This document shows, piece after piece, positions 47,369-61,382 of a stretch of 64,000 bases of DNA. How positions within the stretch are numbered: position 1 is the first letter of the stretch; every line of letters begins with the position of its first letter. The position numbers and the translations under genes are program-made. Source of the stretch: an uncultured Chloroflexia bacterium (lineage in GTDB: Bacteria; Chloroflexota; Limnocylindria; Limnocylindrales; CSP1-4); assembly GCA_963712745.1 (NCBI GenBank), contig CAVQJC010000015.1:96001-160000 (forward strand), in the 5' to 3' direction. The notes below the pieces were generated by a model. That model saw only the letters and a program-made list of their open reading frames with translations. It did not search any database and was not told the DNA's origin.

Positions 47369-48658
47369 CTAGGCGGCCGGCTCCTCCTCCAGGTCGAGCT
47401 CGGGCTCAGGTCCCGTGCGCACGACCATGCCCGCACCGACGGTGTCACTGGTGGACTCATCGATGAGGATGAAGCCGCCGGTGGCTCGGGACAGGCGGTA
47501 CTCGTCGAGCAACAGTGGCGTGCTGGTACGGATGCGGACGCGGCCGATCTCGTTGAGACCAAGCTCGTCGGCTTCCTGGTCGCGCTGGAGCGAGTTGACG
47601 TCCATGCGATAGCGCAGGTCGTCGACGATGGCCTTGGCCGAGCGGGTCGCGTGCTTGATGACGTAGCGGCCGCCAGGACGAAGCGGCTCGTCGGCCATCC
47701 AGCAGACCATGGCCTCGAAATCGTTGGTGATCTCGGGCTGGTTGTGCGGACGGCAGATGAGGTCACCGCGTGAGACGTCGACGTCGTCCTCCAGCTGCAT
47801 GATCACCGACAGCGGCGGCGAAGCCACCTCGAGCTCGCCGTCGAATGTGCGGATCTCCTTGACCTTGGAACGCTTGCCCGACGGAAGCACGATGACGTCA
47901 TCGCCCTTCTTGAACGTGCCCGAGGCGATCTGGCCGGCGTAGCCACGGAAGTCGTGATGCTCGTCACTCTGCGGCCGCACCACCCACTGCACAGGAAAGC
48001 GCACGTCGATGAGGTTGACGTCGGAACCGATATAGACGTGCTCGAGGTGATAGAGCAGTGACGGGCCCTGGTACCAGGGCATGGCCAGTGAGCGCTGTAC
48101 GACGTTGTCACCGTGGAGAGCGCTGATGGGGATGAACTGGATGTCGTGGACGTCGAGCTTGGCGGCCCAGTCCGAGAACTCCTCGGTGATGCGATCGTAG
48201 ACCTCCTCGTCATAGCCGACGAGATCCATCTTGTTGACCGCGACCACGATATGCGGGATGCCCAGCAGAGCCGCGATGAAGGCGTGGCGGTGGGACTGTT
48301 CGAGGACGCCGAGGCGGGCGTCGATGAGCACGATGGCCAGGTCTGCGGTGGATGAGCCAGTGACCATGTTGCGGGTGTACTGCACGTGGCCCGGCGTGTC
48401 CGCGATGATGAACTTGCGCTTGGGTGTGGCGAAGTAGCGGTAGGCCACGTCGATGGTGATGCCCTGCTCACGCTCGGCCCGGAGCCCATCGGTCAGGAGA
48501 GCCAGGTCGACCTGGTGGTTGCCACGAGCCGCACTGGTGCGCTCGATGGCCTGCAGCTGATCCTCGAAGATGCCCTTGGAGTCGAAGAGCAGGCGCCCGA
48601 TGAGCGTGGACTTGCCGTCGTCGACCGAACCGGCGGTGGAGAAACGAAGCAGATCCAT
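47369..48658 (-). CDS. cysN: Sulfate adenylyltransferase subunit 1 (no APS kinase domain)
   Basis: GSVDDGKSTLIGRLL, EREQGITIDVAYRYF, DTPGHVQYTRNM, NKMD. Confidence 0.95.
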   Translation of the reverse strand: MDLLRFSTAGSVDDGKSTLIGRLLFDSKGIFEDQLQAIERTSAARGNHQVDLALLTDGLRAEREQGITIDVAYRYFATPKRKFIIADTPGHVQYTRNMVTGSSTADLAIVLIDARLGVLEQSHRHAFIAALLGIPHIVVAVNKMDLVGYDEEVYDRITEEFSDWAAKLDVHDIQFIPISALHGDNVVQRSLAMPWYQGPSLLYHLEHVYIGSDVNLIDVRFPVQWVVRPQSDEHHDFRGYAGQIASGTFKKGDDVIVLPSGKRSKVKEIRTFDGELEVASPPLSVIMQLEDDVDVSRGDLICRPHNQPEITNDFEAMVCWMADEPLRPGGRYVIKHATRSAKAIVDDLRYRMDVNSLQRDQEADELGLNEIGRVRIRTSTPLLLDEYRLSRATGGFILIDESTSDTVGAGMVVRTGPEPELDLEEEPAA

Positions 48659-48659
48659 G

Positions 48660-49595
48660 CTAGAAGTAGCCTTCCTTCTTGCGGTCTTCCATGGACGTCT
48701 CGCTGAAGGAGTCGTCAGCACGGGTGGCGCCGCGTTCGGTGATACGCGCGGCAGCGGTCTCCGCGATGATGGCCTCGAGGTCGGCGGCGTCGGAGTTGAC
48801 CGCGCCGGTGCAGGTCATGTCACCGACGGTGCGGTAGCGCACGACCATCCGCTCGATGGACTCGTCGGGACCGGGCTGGAGGTAGGGGCCCGTGGATAGC
48901 CACATACCGTCGCGGCGGAAGACCTCGCGCTCGTGTGCGTAGTAGATGGACGGCACCTCGATGCCCTCACGCTCGATGTACTGCCAGACGTCCATCTCAG
49001 TCCAGTTGGAGATGGGGAAGACACGCATGTGCTGGCCCTGCCGGATGCGGCCGTTGTAGAGAGCCCACAGCTCGGGGCGCTGGCTGCGAGGCTCCCACTG
49101 GCCGAACTCGTCACGCAGGCTGAAGACGCGCTCCTTGGCACGAGCCTTCTCCTCATCGCGGCGGGCGCCGCCGAAGACGGCGTCGAACTTGTGCTCGGTG
49201 ATGGCATCGAGCAGGGTCGTGGTCTGGAGGCGGTTGCGGGAAGGGTTGCCCGGCTCCTCGCGCACGCGGCCCTTGTCGATCGACTCCTGGACGGAGGCCA
49301 CTATGAGTCGCTCGCCGAGCTCTTCGACGCGTCGGTCGCGGAACTTGAGAACCTCGGGGAAGTTGTGCCCGGTGTCGATGTGCATGATCGGGAAGGGGAA
49401 CTTCGCGGGACGGAAGGCTTTCTCGGCGATGCGCAGCAAGACGATGGAGTCCTTGCCGCCGGAGAACAGCAGGACCGGCCGCTGGAACTCGGCCGCGACC
49501 TCTCGCATGATGAAGATGGACTCCGCCTCAAGGGCATCCAGGTGGGTGGCGCGGTGCGCGATGGCGCGCGCGCCCGCGGGTCTCGTTTCGATCAT
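48660..49595 (-). CDS. cysD: Sulfate adenylyltransferase subunit 2
   Basis: LFSGGKDS, GGARRDEEKARAKER, RVFPISNWTE, MEDRKKEGYF. Confidence 0.97.
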   Translation of the reverse strand: MIETRPAGARAIAHRATHLDALEAESIFIMREVAAEFQRPVLLFSGGKDSIVLLRIAEKAFRPAKFPFPIMHIDTGHNFPEVLKFRDRRVEELGERLIVASVQESIDKGRVREEPGNPSRNRLQTTTLLDAITEHKFDAVFGGARRDEEKARAKERVFSLRDEFGQWEPRSQRPELWALYNGRIRQGQHMRVFPISNWTEMDVWQYIEREGIEVPSIYYAHEREVFRRDGMWLSTGPYLQPGPDESIERMVVRYRTVGDMTCTGAVNSDAADLEAIIAETAAARITERGATRADDSFSETSMEDRKKEGYF

Positions 49596-49654
49596 CTGGT
49601 GGGGGTCGACCTCTGCTTCACGGATCGGCGACGACGTCTGTCGCTATGCTACCC

Positions 49655-49710
49655 TTTCCCGACCGATATGATAGACATTATCGGGATAATCAGGTAAGTG
49701 GGAGTATACC
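49655..49710. promoter_or_regulatory. AT-rich divergent promoter/operator, Rrf2 (IscR/CymR)-like
   Basis: TTTCCCGACCGATATGATAGACATTATCGGGATAAT with the inverted repeat TCCCGA/TCGGGA, between cysD and the TauE gene. Confidence 0.5.
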
Positions 49711-49770
49711 CACGATTCCGGGCGCCGCGCACAGGGGTGGCCGCTGACAAGGGAGCGAACGCAGAGACAC

Positions 49771-50853
49771 GTGAGCGACACCACCTCGGAGGAGACCGCC
49801 GCAAGCGCCGTGGCCAGCGCCGCCGCCGCGAGCCTGGCCGCAGCGCACGAGGCCGCAGCGAGCCAGGCCGCACAGAACGAGGGGCCGGCCTTCCCGCACA
49901 GCAAGAGCAAGCCGGCGCAGCTCCCGGGCATCTGGGAGAAGGAACCCCGCTGGGTCCGCTCCTTCCGCTACAGGATCGACGTTGGGCCCCGCCAGTTCGC
50001 CGCCTCGGTGGCAGCGGTCATCATCGCCATCGCCGTCGTCTCGGCGACCGTGATACTGGCGCCGGCCGACCAGCGCTCACTCATCGCAGGAGCCTCGCTG
50101 GTGGGGCTGGTCGCGGGCGCGGCTCTGACCTCGGTCGGCGTCTACGGCGGGGTGCTCGTGCCGGGCCTGCTGCTGCTGGGCGTGCACCCGCTCTTCGCCG
50201 CTCCCCTGTCACTCTTCCTGCAAGTGCTCATCGTGCCCTTCGGCGCCAGCGCCCACGTCCGCCTCGGCAACGTTTCGCGGCCGATCGTGGTGCCGCTCGT
50301 CATCGGCGGCGTCATCGGCGCGGTGCTGGGGCCGGTCGTGGCCTCATTCTTCGAGGCCGACGTCATCCGTCTGGCGGTGGAGGTGCTCATCATCGTCAGC
50401 GCCATCCTGCTGCTGGTGAGCCTGCCGCTGAAGAAGATGCAGGTGTCGCGGCCGCCGGGTGACGAGCCCGCAGCCCGCATCGGGGCCATCGGCACCGCCT
50501 CCGGCATGGCCAGCGGCATCTCCGGCGCCGGGTGGGGCCCGATGGGCGTGACGCTGCTCATCCTCTCACGCCTGGAACCGCGCATCGCGGTGGGCTCCTC
50601 GGTGTTCGGGCGCATCTTCATGGCCGCAGCCGCAGTGGTCAGCGCCGTCGTGCTGCTGTCCACGGGATCGGGTCACTTCGACGAGGTGGTGCCGCAGTGG
50701 GAGCTCGTGCCGGCCATCCTGGCGGCTTCGCTGGCGGCGATGCTACCTGGCGCCATCCTGACCTCGCGCCTGGGCCGCACGCGCATGTCGGTGCTCATCG
50801 CCACGGTCTCGATCAGCCTCGCCTCGGCTGCGCTCATCGTGGGCCTGCTGTAG
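49771..50853 (+). CDS. Sulfite exporter TauE/SafE family protein
   Basis: GVYGGVLVP, AHVRLGNV, SGISGAGWGP, IAVGSS; divergent from cysDN. Confidence 0.82.
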   Translation: MSDTTSEETAASAVASAAAASLAAAHEAAASQAAQNEGPAFPHSKSKPAQLPGIWEKEPRWVRSFRYRIDVGPRQFAASVAAVIIAIAVVSATVILAPADQRSLIAGASLVGLVAGAALTSVGVYGGVLVPGLLLLGVHPLFAAPLSLFLQVLIVPFGASAHVRLGNVSRPIVVPLVIGGVIGAVLGPVVASFFEADVIRLAVEVLIIVSAILLLVSLPLKKMQVSRPPGDEPAARIGAIGTASGMASGISGAGWGPMGVTLLILSRLEPRIAVGSSVFGRIFMAAAAVVSAVVLLSTGSGHFDEVVPQWELVPAILAASLAAMLPGAILTSRLGRTRMSVLIATVSISLASAALIVGLL

Positions 50854-50990
50854 GCGCGGGCGGGTCGCGCTGGCCTGACTGAGCGTGCTGGTCGTGCCGG
50901 TCGGGCTGGTCGTGCTGCCGGGCGGGTGGTGGCGGCGGTGGTGGCGGTGGTGAGCGGTGATACGCGGTGAGGAGCGGTGATGACCGGTTG

Positions 50991-51140
50991 TTCCCGTCAA
51001 ACGGGACGACGCGACGAGATGGCTGTCGAACCGTCTTGATCCAGGTCATTCAACGGGATTTCGCGTCACGGTGTCCCGATGGTCGGGAATCCTCGGCGTT
51101 TTCTGGACATGCCACGTCGTGTTGTCCCGTCGAGCGGGAA
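50991..51140. repeat. REP/REPIN-like element (imperfect inverted repeat of TCCCG..CGGGA hairpins)
   Basis: TTCCCGTCAAACGGGACGACGCGACG versus the reverse complement of 51115-51140, TTCCCGCTCGACGGGACAACACGACG. Confidence 0.6.
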
Positions 51141-51232
51141 CCGCACGGTGGGGCCTGCGCCGTGGGAACCGCACGGTGGGGCCTGCGCCGTGGGAACCGC
51201 ACGGTGGGGCCTGCGCCGTGGGAACCGCACGG
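51136..51232. repeat. 28-bp tandem repeat x3.5
   Basis: GGGAACCGCACGGTGGGGCCTGCGCCGT x3 plus 13 bp, no spacers. Confidence 0.95.
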
Positions 51233-51352
51233 AGGTCCGCGCTGAAGAGTCCGCGCCGGGAGGACCGAGTCCCTAACAGGGCGCCGGCGCCGGAGGCTCG
51301 GGCCCCAGCGCCGGCGCGCCGTTCGCGGCTGGTATTCAGGTAAGGGTCGCTG

Positions 51353-52750
51353 CTATGGCTTGATGTCGAGCAGGATCTGTGCCTTGCGCAGGTTGGCGTT
51401 GCGATCGTTCCAGGCAGGGACGCGGAGGCGGAAGCAGTCGGCGTTGGCAGCGGAGACGAGGACCCGCGAGGAGTCGCGCCCTGCCGGGTACACGGAGAAC
51501 TCCTTGAGGTTGCGCAGGCCGCCGGGGCGATAGCCGCGCAGGCCGAGGTTGCCCTTGAAGCCGTCTGCCAGGTGGAGGCTGACGGTGGCCAGGCCGCTGG
51601 AGGGACGGCGCACACCGGGCACCGCGGCTCGGAGACGCGAGTTGGCGAACGCCTCCGCTGTGATGCTGGCCGGCGCGCCAGTCCCCGGACCGATGCGATC
51701 CAAGTGGAGCACGACACGCTCGTAGCCCGAGCCGTCCGCGAACGACACCCGACCCAGGGACCAGACGCGGCCACGCGGGTCCTCGAGGCGTACCGAGCCG
51801 TCGCAGATCCAGCCGCTGCGCCTCGTCTGCACCCCGGCGTCCCTGGGCGTGATGGACGTCTCCGATCGTGCTCCGCCGGCTGTCTGATCGACACCCTCAC
51901 CGTCGAGCGTGGTCGTGGATAGCCCTCGGTCCGAGCCAGCCTCGAGCGGGTCCGACTCGAGCGGATCCGGGCCGGCCTCGAGCGGATCCGGGCCAGCCTC
52001 GAGCGGGTCCGACTCGAGCGGGTCGGACTCGAGTGGGTCGAGGCTGAGGTCTCGTGCGAGCACCTGCGCCGAGGCCGGCATCTCCGTCGGGCCGGCGGCC
52101 GCACGCGTCGGTGCGAACGTCGCGGGCGCGTCGTCAGCGTCCGTCGCGGCCGCGATCGAGGGGGCCGGAGAGGACGGGGCCAGCATGGCAGCCGCGGCGG
52201 GCTCACGCGCACCGCCTCGCGGCGCCAGGGTGGCGTACATCGCCGAGACACCGACGACGGCGGCGACCACGAGGGACGCCGCGAGGAAGGCACGACGGCC
52301 GCGCGAGGCGTGCCGCCGCTGCCTGGCATCGGAGCCTGACGCGAGGCCAGCGGCGCCGAAGCCCGAGAACGCGGTGGGGACCGATGCGGGCGGCAGCGCG
52401 GTCACGGGCGCCGCTCGCAGCTGCTCGGACGGCCCCGAAGACGGACTGGAGCCGATGAACGATGCGCACTCGATGCAGAACGAGCGGCTAGGCAGATTGG
52501 GCGTGTCACAGCTCCAGCACGACACCGTCGAGCCCGTTTCCGGGGCGGGAGCCGCCGCCCGGAAGGCGCCCTGCACGGGGATAGGTGACGGGGCACGCGC
52601 TGGCGGAGGAGCGGCGGCGGAAGCGGCAGGCACAGCGGAGTCGAACCGCTCGACCTCGGCCGGGGGCAGGAGCGACTCGCAAACGCCACAGAAGACTGAG
52701 GCGGCAGGGACTCGCGAGCCGCAGGCAGGACAGACAAGTTGGTCGGGCAC
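51353..52750 (-). CDS. Double zinc-ribbon, single-TM protein with an AMIN-like C-terminal domain
   Basis: CPACG..FCGVC and CWSC..FCIEC; TM AFLAASLVVAAVVGV; DPLES/DPLEAG repeats; GYERVVLHL...CFRL.VP.W...QILLDIK. Confidence 0.7.
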   Translation of the reverse strand: MPDQLVCPACGSRVPAASVFCGVCESLLPPAEVERFDSAVPAASAAAPPPARAPSPIPVQGAFRAAAPAPETGSTVSCWSCDTPNLPSRSFCIECASFIGSSPSSGPSEQLRAAPVTALPPASVPTAFSGFGAAGLASGSDARQRRHASRGRRAFLAASLVVAAVVGVSAMYATLAPRGGAREPAAAAMLAPSSPAPSIAAATDADDAPATFAPTRAAAGPTEMPASAQVLARDLSLDPLESDPLESDPLEAGPDPLEAGPDPLESDPLEAGSDRGLSTTTLDGEGVDQTAGGARSETSITPRDAGVQTRRSGWICDGSVRLEDPRGRVWSLGRVSFADGSGYERVVLHLDRIGPGTGAPASITAEAFANSRLRAAVPGVRRPSSGLATVSLHLADGFKGNLGLRGYRPGGLRNLKEFSVYPAGRDSSRVLVSAANADCFRLRVPAWNDRNANLRKAQILLDIKP

Positions 52751-53020
52751 GCCGCAAGCCTGATGGCTGGGCTGGGCAGGCGTGAATGAGCAGACGTGCG
52801 TAGCGGACAAGTACTACGCCTCGTGTGGTACCACTGGCTCGCCTCGCGTCAGCGGCTCGCCTCGCGTCAGCGGAGCCCAGGCTTCGGTCGGGACGGGGGT
52901 CGCGGCCAGCGTCAGGCCCGCCAGCGCGCCCAGGACCACCCAGTCGCGCGTCCGGCCAAGACCGCCAAGGCGCTCGGAGAAGGCCCGAAGCCAGGCAGGA
53001 TGAGCGGCCGTGGGCAGTTT

Positions 53021-54067
53021 CTACTCCACGCCCAGGACGACGAAGAGCGAGAGGCTCACCAGCGCGAGCATGACCGCCACGGCAAGGCCCATGATGAACG
53101 GGGCCGGCCCCGTCTGGCGCAGCGACGCCAGCTTGGTCGAGAGGCCCACGCCCACGAGCGCCATGACGATGAAGACCCCGGAGATACGGACGAGGGCGTC
53201 GGCTACCTCCTCGGGGATGAAGCCGGCGCTGTTGACGAGCGCCAGCGCCAGGAAGCCGAGCAGGAACGGGGGCACCGCCTTGCGCGCCGACTTCAGCCAA
53301 CTGCGGCGCTCATCCGGGCTCGGCGCGCTTGACGAACCGCCATCTTCGCGGCCGGCGAACCACATCCCCACCGCGAAGATGACCGGCACCATCAGCGTGT
53401 TGCGGGTGAGCTTGACGATGGTAGCGGTCTCGCCGGCCTCGACCGAGTAGCTGAAGGCGGTGGCGGTGACTTGGCTGGTGTCGTTGACGGCCGCACCGGC
53501 CCAGTGCCCGAAGAGCACGTCCGACATGCCCAGTGCGTGCCCGATGAGCGGATAGACGATGACGGCTGCGGTGCCGAAGAGAGTGATGGTGGCGACCGCG
53601 AACGAAAGGTCGCGCTCCTCGGCCTTGATCACGGGGGCGGTCGCGGCGATGGCGGTGTTGCCGCAGATGGCCGTGCCTACGCCGATGAGCGCGGAGAGCT
53701 TCGGCGACAGGCCCAGGGCGCGCCCCAGCGCCAGCGTCACCACCAGCACCAGCACGATATCGATGACCAGCACCGCGATGGCGCCAAGACCGGTCGAGAG
53801 GATGTCGGCGAGCGACAGTCGAGCGCCGAGCAGGACGATGCCGATGGGCAGGAACCAGCTACGCGCCAGCTTGGCCCCGGGGTCGATGGCGGGGCTGGGC
53901 CGCAGGTTGGCCACGATGATGCCGAGGAAGAGGCCGACTGTGACCGCACCGAAGATGCCCGGAAGGACGAGTGTGGAAGCGTAGGCCACGACGGCCAACA
54001 CGACGACCAGGAGCAGTCCGGGCGCGGTTTGGGCGAGGGCGTCCCGACGAAACACATCGGGAACCAT
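53021..54067 (-). CDS. YeiH/UPF0324 putative sulfate exporter family transporter
   Basis: GIVLLGARLS, GVGTAICGNTAIAATAP, GAAVNDTSQV, IVKLTRN. Confidence 0.92.
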   Translation of the reverse strand: MVPDVFRRDALAQTAPGLLLVVVLAVVAYASTLVLPGIFGAVTVGLFLGIIVANLRPSPAIDPGAKLARSWFLPIGIVLLGARLSLADILSTGLGAIAVLVIDIVLVLVVTLALGRALGLSPKLSALIGVGTAICGNTAIAATAPVIKAEERDLSFAVATITLFGTAAVIVYPLIGHALGMSDVLFGHWAGAAVNDTSQVTATAFSYSVEAGETATIVKLTRNTLMVPVIFAVGMWFAGREDGGSSSAPSPDERRSWLKSARKAVPPFLLGFLALALVNSAGFIPEEVADALVRISGVFIVMALVGVGLSTKLASLRQTGPAPFIMGLAVAVMLALVSLSLFVVLGVE

Positions 54068-54134
54068 AGCGTCCGGTGGTGTCGCGCAAGCCGCCGGCCC
54101 GTCCGGCCCCGGCGGTCGGCGTGATGTGGGGTCG

Positions 54135-54653
54135 CTAGCCGGTAGGCTCGGCCCAGACGACGCCGGGGCCCAGCAGGATGCTCACGTCGCGTCGCTCCTT
54201 GGAGCTCGCGTCACGGACCTCGTGGGCCACGAAGGCGCCAAAGCCCTGGCGGGTGCGCATCGACTCTGCCATCACCTCCGCAGCCACGTTGCTGGGCAGG
54301 AAGCCCACCTGCCGGCTGTCGTCGCCGGTCCAGACGGCGATGGCAAATCGATCCTGCGGCTGAGCGTCGGGCTTGAGCAGCACGCGCTGGCCGACTTGGA
54401 GGGCCGGATGCTGAAGCCCGTCGAAGTCCATGACGCCGGCTACCTCGGACAGGCGGCAGCCAGCCTCGACGAGAGCTCGCGGCAACTCATGCTCCTCCAA
54501 CCAGTTGCCGCCGTCTTCACTGAAGCGCAGGCCGCGCGCCTCGATCCCGGAGTCGATCGCGCCCCACCACTCGGGCAGCACGGCGGCCAAAGACGCTGAG
54601 CCGGCGTGGACGATGAACTGCTGGCGCTGCGGGCGATGCTTCGGCTGTGTCAT
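54135..54653 (-). CDS. HIRAN domain-containing protein
   Basis: SEVAGV, LQVGQRVLLKPDAQPQDRFAIAVW...QVGFLP..VA. Confidence 0.7.
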   Translation of the reverse strand: MTQPKHRPQRQQFIVHAGSASLAAVLPEWWGAIDSGIEARGLRFSEDGGNWLEEHELPRALVEAGCRLSEVAGVMDFDGLQHPALQVGQRVLLKPDAQPQDRFAIAVWTGDDSRQVGFLPSNVAAEVMAESMRTRQGFGAFVAHEVRDASSKERRDVSILLGPGVVWAEPTG

Positions 54654-54756
54654 CTGGCGGGATCCCTCGGTATACGGGCGAATGACAACAGCGTAACTCG
54701 GAGCGCGCTGCAGTGGACTGCAGGGTGCAGTGGCGCCGGCCGCCGCCTGGCTACCG

Positions 54757-55041
54757 TCAGCGCATGAGCAGTCTGATCCCGGCTCGGGCCACTCGGCGCA
54801 CGAGGTTGACCGCGAATGCGATCACGAGCAGCGACAGCCCTGAGGAGCCGGCCGGCGTGGCCACCCAGGCCAGGCGTTGATAGCCCATGGCCTCCTCGGC
54901 CTCGACGGCAGGGGTGCGCTCCCAATCTTCGAACGGGTCCTCGTCCGGTCGGCCGAGCGCTTCCGGCCCGCCGGCGGCATCTCCTCCATCGGCCGTGCCC
55001 GGTCGGCTCCGGCGGCGCGAGCCGCGTCGTTGCTGGATCAC
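54757..55041 (-). CDS. Small hypothetical membrane protein
   Basis: Acidic N-terminal half plus a hydrophobic C-terminal helix (LSLLVIAFAVNLV); GTG start and upstream sigma70-like promoter are estimated. Confidence 0.5.
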   Translation of the reverse strand: MIQQRRGSRRRSRPGTADGGDAAGGPEALGRPDEDPFEDWERTPAVEAEEAMGYQRLAWVATPAGSSGLSLLVIAFAVNLVRRVARAGIRLLMR

Positions 55042-55087
55042 CGTGCTTCCCCCAACGTGCGAGCGTTTCTGACCCCATCGTGCGCCC

Positions 55088-55105
55088 CTTGACCGCAGAG
55101 TCAAG
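55088..55105 (-). promoter_or_regulatory. Palindromic operator overlapping a -35 box
   Basis: CTTGAC-N6-GTCAAG; on the minus strand TTGACT-N16-CACGAT. Confidence 0.4.
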
Positions 55106-55177
55106 TGACCGAAGTCCCTGGCGACACAGCAGACGCCCGCGGGGTCGTAGCTGAGCTGGACCGGGTGGCGCGGTGCG

Positions 55178-56644
55178 CTAACGGGCGAGGGCGACGTCGC
55201 TGCGGGCGAGATCCTTGGCCGCCAGCAGTGACGGCCGGCCGGTGAGGTACTCATCGACCGCACGGGCACATTCCCGGCCCTCGCTGATGGCCCACACCAC
55301 GAGCGACTGGCCGCGACGCATGTCGCCGGCCACGAACACGCCCTGGCGCGAGGTGGCGTAGCCCGACGAGGCGCAGTTGCCACGGTCGTCCTTCTCGACG
55401 CCGAAATCGTCGAGGACGGCGTGCTCAGGATGAAGGAAACCCATGGCCAGCAGCACCAGCTGCGCCGGCAACTCGTACTCGGAGTCGGCCACCTCCTTGG
55501 GGTGTCCCTGACTCCAGTCGCCGCGCACCGCACGGATGGCCCGAAGCGCGCCCGTATCGTCGGTCAGGAACTCCTTGGACATCACCGCCCAGTCACGCTC
55601 GGCACCCTCGGCCTGCGAGGTCGAGGTCGAAAGCCCGCGCGGACCTGGGTGGGTCGGCCAGGGAGTGGCCTCGGTCCGGCCCTCGGGCGGCTTGGGCATG
55701 ATCTCGATCTGCGTGACCGAGCGTGCGCCCTGGCGGATGGACGTTCCGACACAGTCGGAGCCGGTGTCGCCGCCGCCGATGACGACCACGTCCTTGCCGG
55801 TGGCCAGGATGTCGGTCCCCTCGGGGATGGCGTCACCGGCCACGCGCCGGTTGGACTGGGCCAGGAAGTCCATGGCGAACTCGACGCCGTCGGACAGACG
55901 CCCGGGGATGGGCAGGTCGCGAGGCTTGGTCGAACCACCGGCCAGCACGACTGCGTCGTACTTGGCCTGCAGCTGGGAGGCCGGGTAGTCCACGCCGACG
56001 TGTGTTCCCGTGCGGAAGACCACGCCCTCGTCAAGCATCAGGTTGATTCGCCGGTCGAGCACGCGCTTGCCGAGCTTGAAGTCGGGGATGCCGTAGCGCA
56101 GCAGGCCACCCGGTCGGTCGGCTCGTTCGAAGACGACCACCTGGTGGCCGGCACGGTTGAGCTGGTCGGCAGCGGCCAGACCGGCCGGGCCCGAGCCGAT
56201 GACCGCCACCCGCTTGCCCGTGCGCTCCGCCGGCGGCCGCGGCGAGGCCCAGCCCTCCTCGAAGGCCTTCTCGATGATCGCCAGCTCGATGTTCTTGATG
56301 GTCACGGCCGGCTTGTTGATGGCCAGCACACAGGCCGACTCGCACGGGGCCGGACAGACCCGCCCGGTGAACTCGGGGAAGTTGTTGGTGGAGTAGAGCG
56401 CCTTCAGCGCCCGCTCCCATTTGCCGCGGTAGACGTGGTCGTTGAAGTCGGGGATGACGTTGGCCAGGGGGCAGCCGCTGTGACAGAAGGGCACGCCGCA
56501 GTTCATGCAGCGAGCGCCCTGCTCTTCCACCTCCGTCTGCGCCATGGGCAGGGCGAACTCCTGCCAGTGGCGGATACGCTCGTCGACCGGCTCGTAGCCG
56601 GGGACCTTGCGCTCGAACTCCTTGAAGCCTGTGTCCTTGCCCAT
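55178..56644 (-). CDS. gltD: Glutamate synthase small (beta) subunit
   Basis: [59 protein letters not shown]. Confidence 0.96.
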   Translation of the reverse strand: MGKDTGFKEFERKVPGYEPVDERIRHWQEFALPMAQTEVEEQGARCMNCGVPFCHSGCPLANVIPDFNDHVYRGKWERALKALYSTNNFPEFTGRVCPAPCESACVLAINKPAVTIKNIELAIIEKAFEEGWASPRPPAERTGKRVAVIGSGPAGLAAADQLNRAGHQVVVFERADRPGGLLRYGIPDFKLGKRVLDRRINLMLDEGVVFRTGTHVGVDYPASQLQAKYDAVVLAGGSTKPRDLPIPGRLSDGVEFAMDFLAQSNRRVAGDAIPEGTDILATGKDVVVIGGGDTGSDCVGTSIRQGARSVTQIEIMPKPPEGRTEATPWPTHPGPRGLSTSTSQAEGAERDWAVMSKEFLTDDTGALRAIRAVRGDWSQGHPKEVADSEYELPAQLVLLAMGFLHPEHAVLDDFGVEKDDRGNCASSGYATSRQGVFVAGDMRRGQSLVVWAISEGRECARAVDEYLTGRPSLLAAKDLARSDVALAR

Positions 56645-56657
56645 GCCGCTCCCTGCC

Positions 56658-61170
<4,513 letters not shown>

Positions 61171-61274
61171 GGCGATCCTGCCTGGGTACGTTCGCCCGGA
61201 GGGCGACGTAGAGAGGGTTACCCAGCCTTCCGGGAACCCCTGCCGCCGTCCCCGGACTCGTGGGTGGACCCCGA

Positions 61275-61303
61275 ACTGTATGGAACGCGAGCGTCGCGGT
61301 CAA
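61275..61303 (-). promoter_or_regulatory. Sigma70-type promoter of gltBD
   Basis: Minus strand TTGACC-N17-TACAGT about 105 nt upstream of the ATG. Confidence 0.6.
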
Positions 61304-61382
61304 ACGCGCGCTGTGGTGCGGGGGTTCGGCGCGGGCTCGGGCCGGGCGATCATGGTGCCTTCGAGCACCACCGTGGGCCCGC

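Noticed and set aside
51136-51232. 28-bp array as a CRISPR
   Set aside because: The unit length is CRISPR-like, but the copies are head-to-tail with no spacers
52790-53010. Possible membrane-protein remnant (RDWVVLGALAGLTLAA) and an 18-bp duplication
   Set aside because: No start codon or RBS and too short to assign; only two repeat copies
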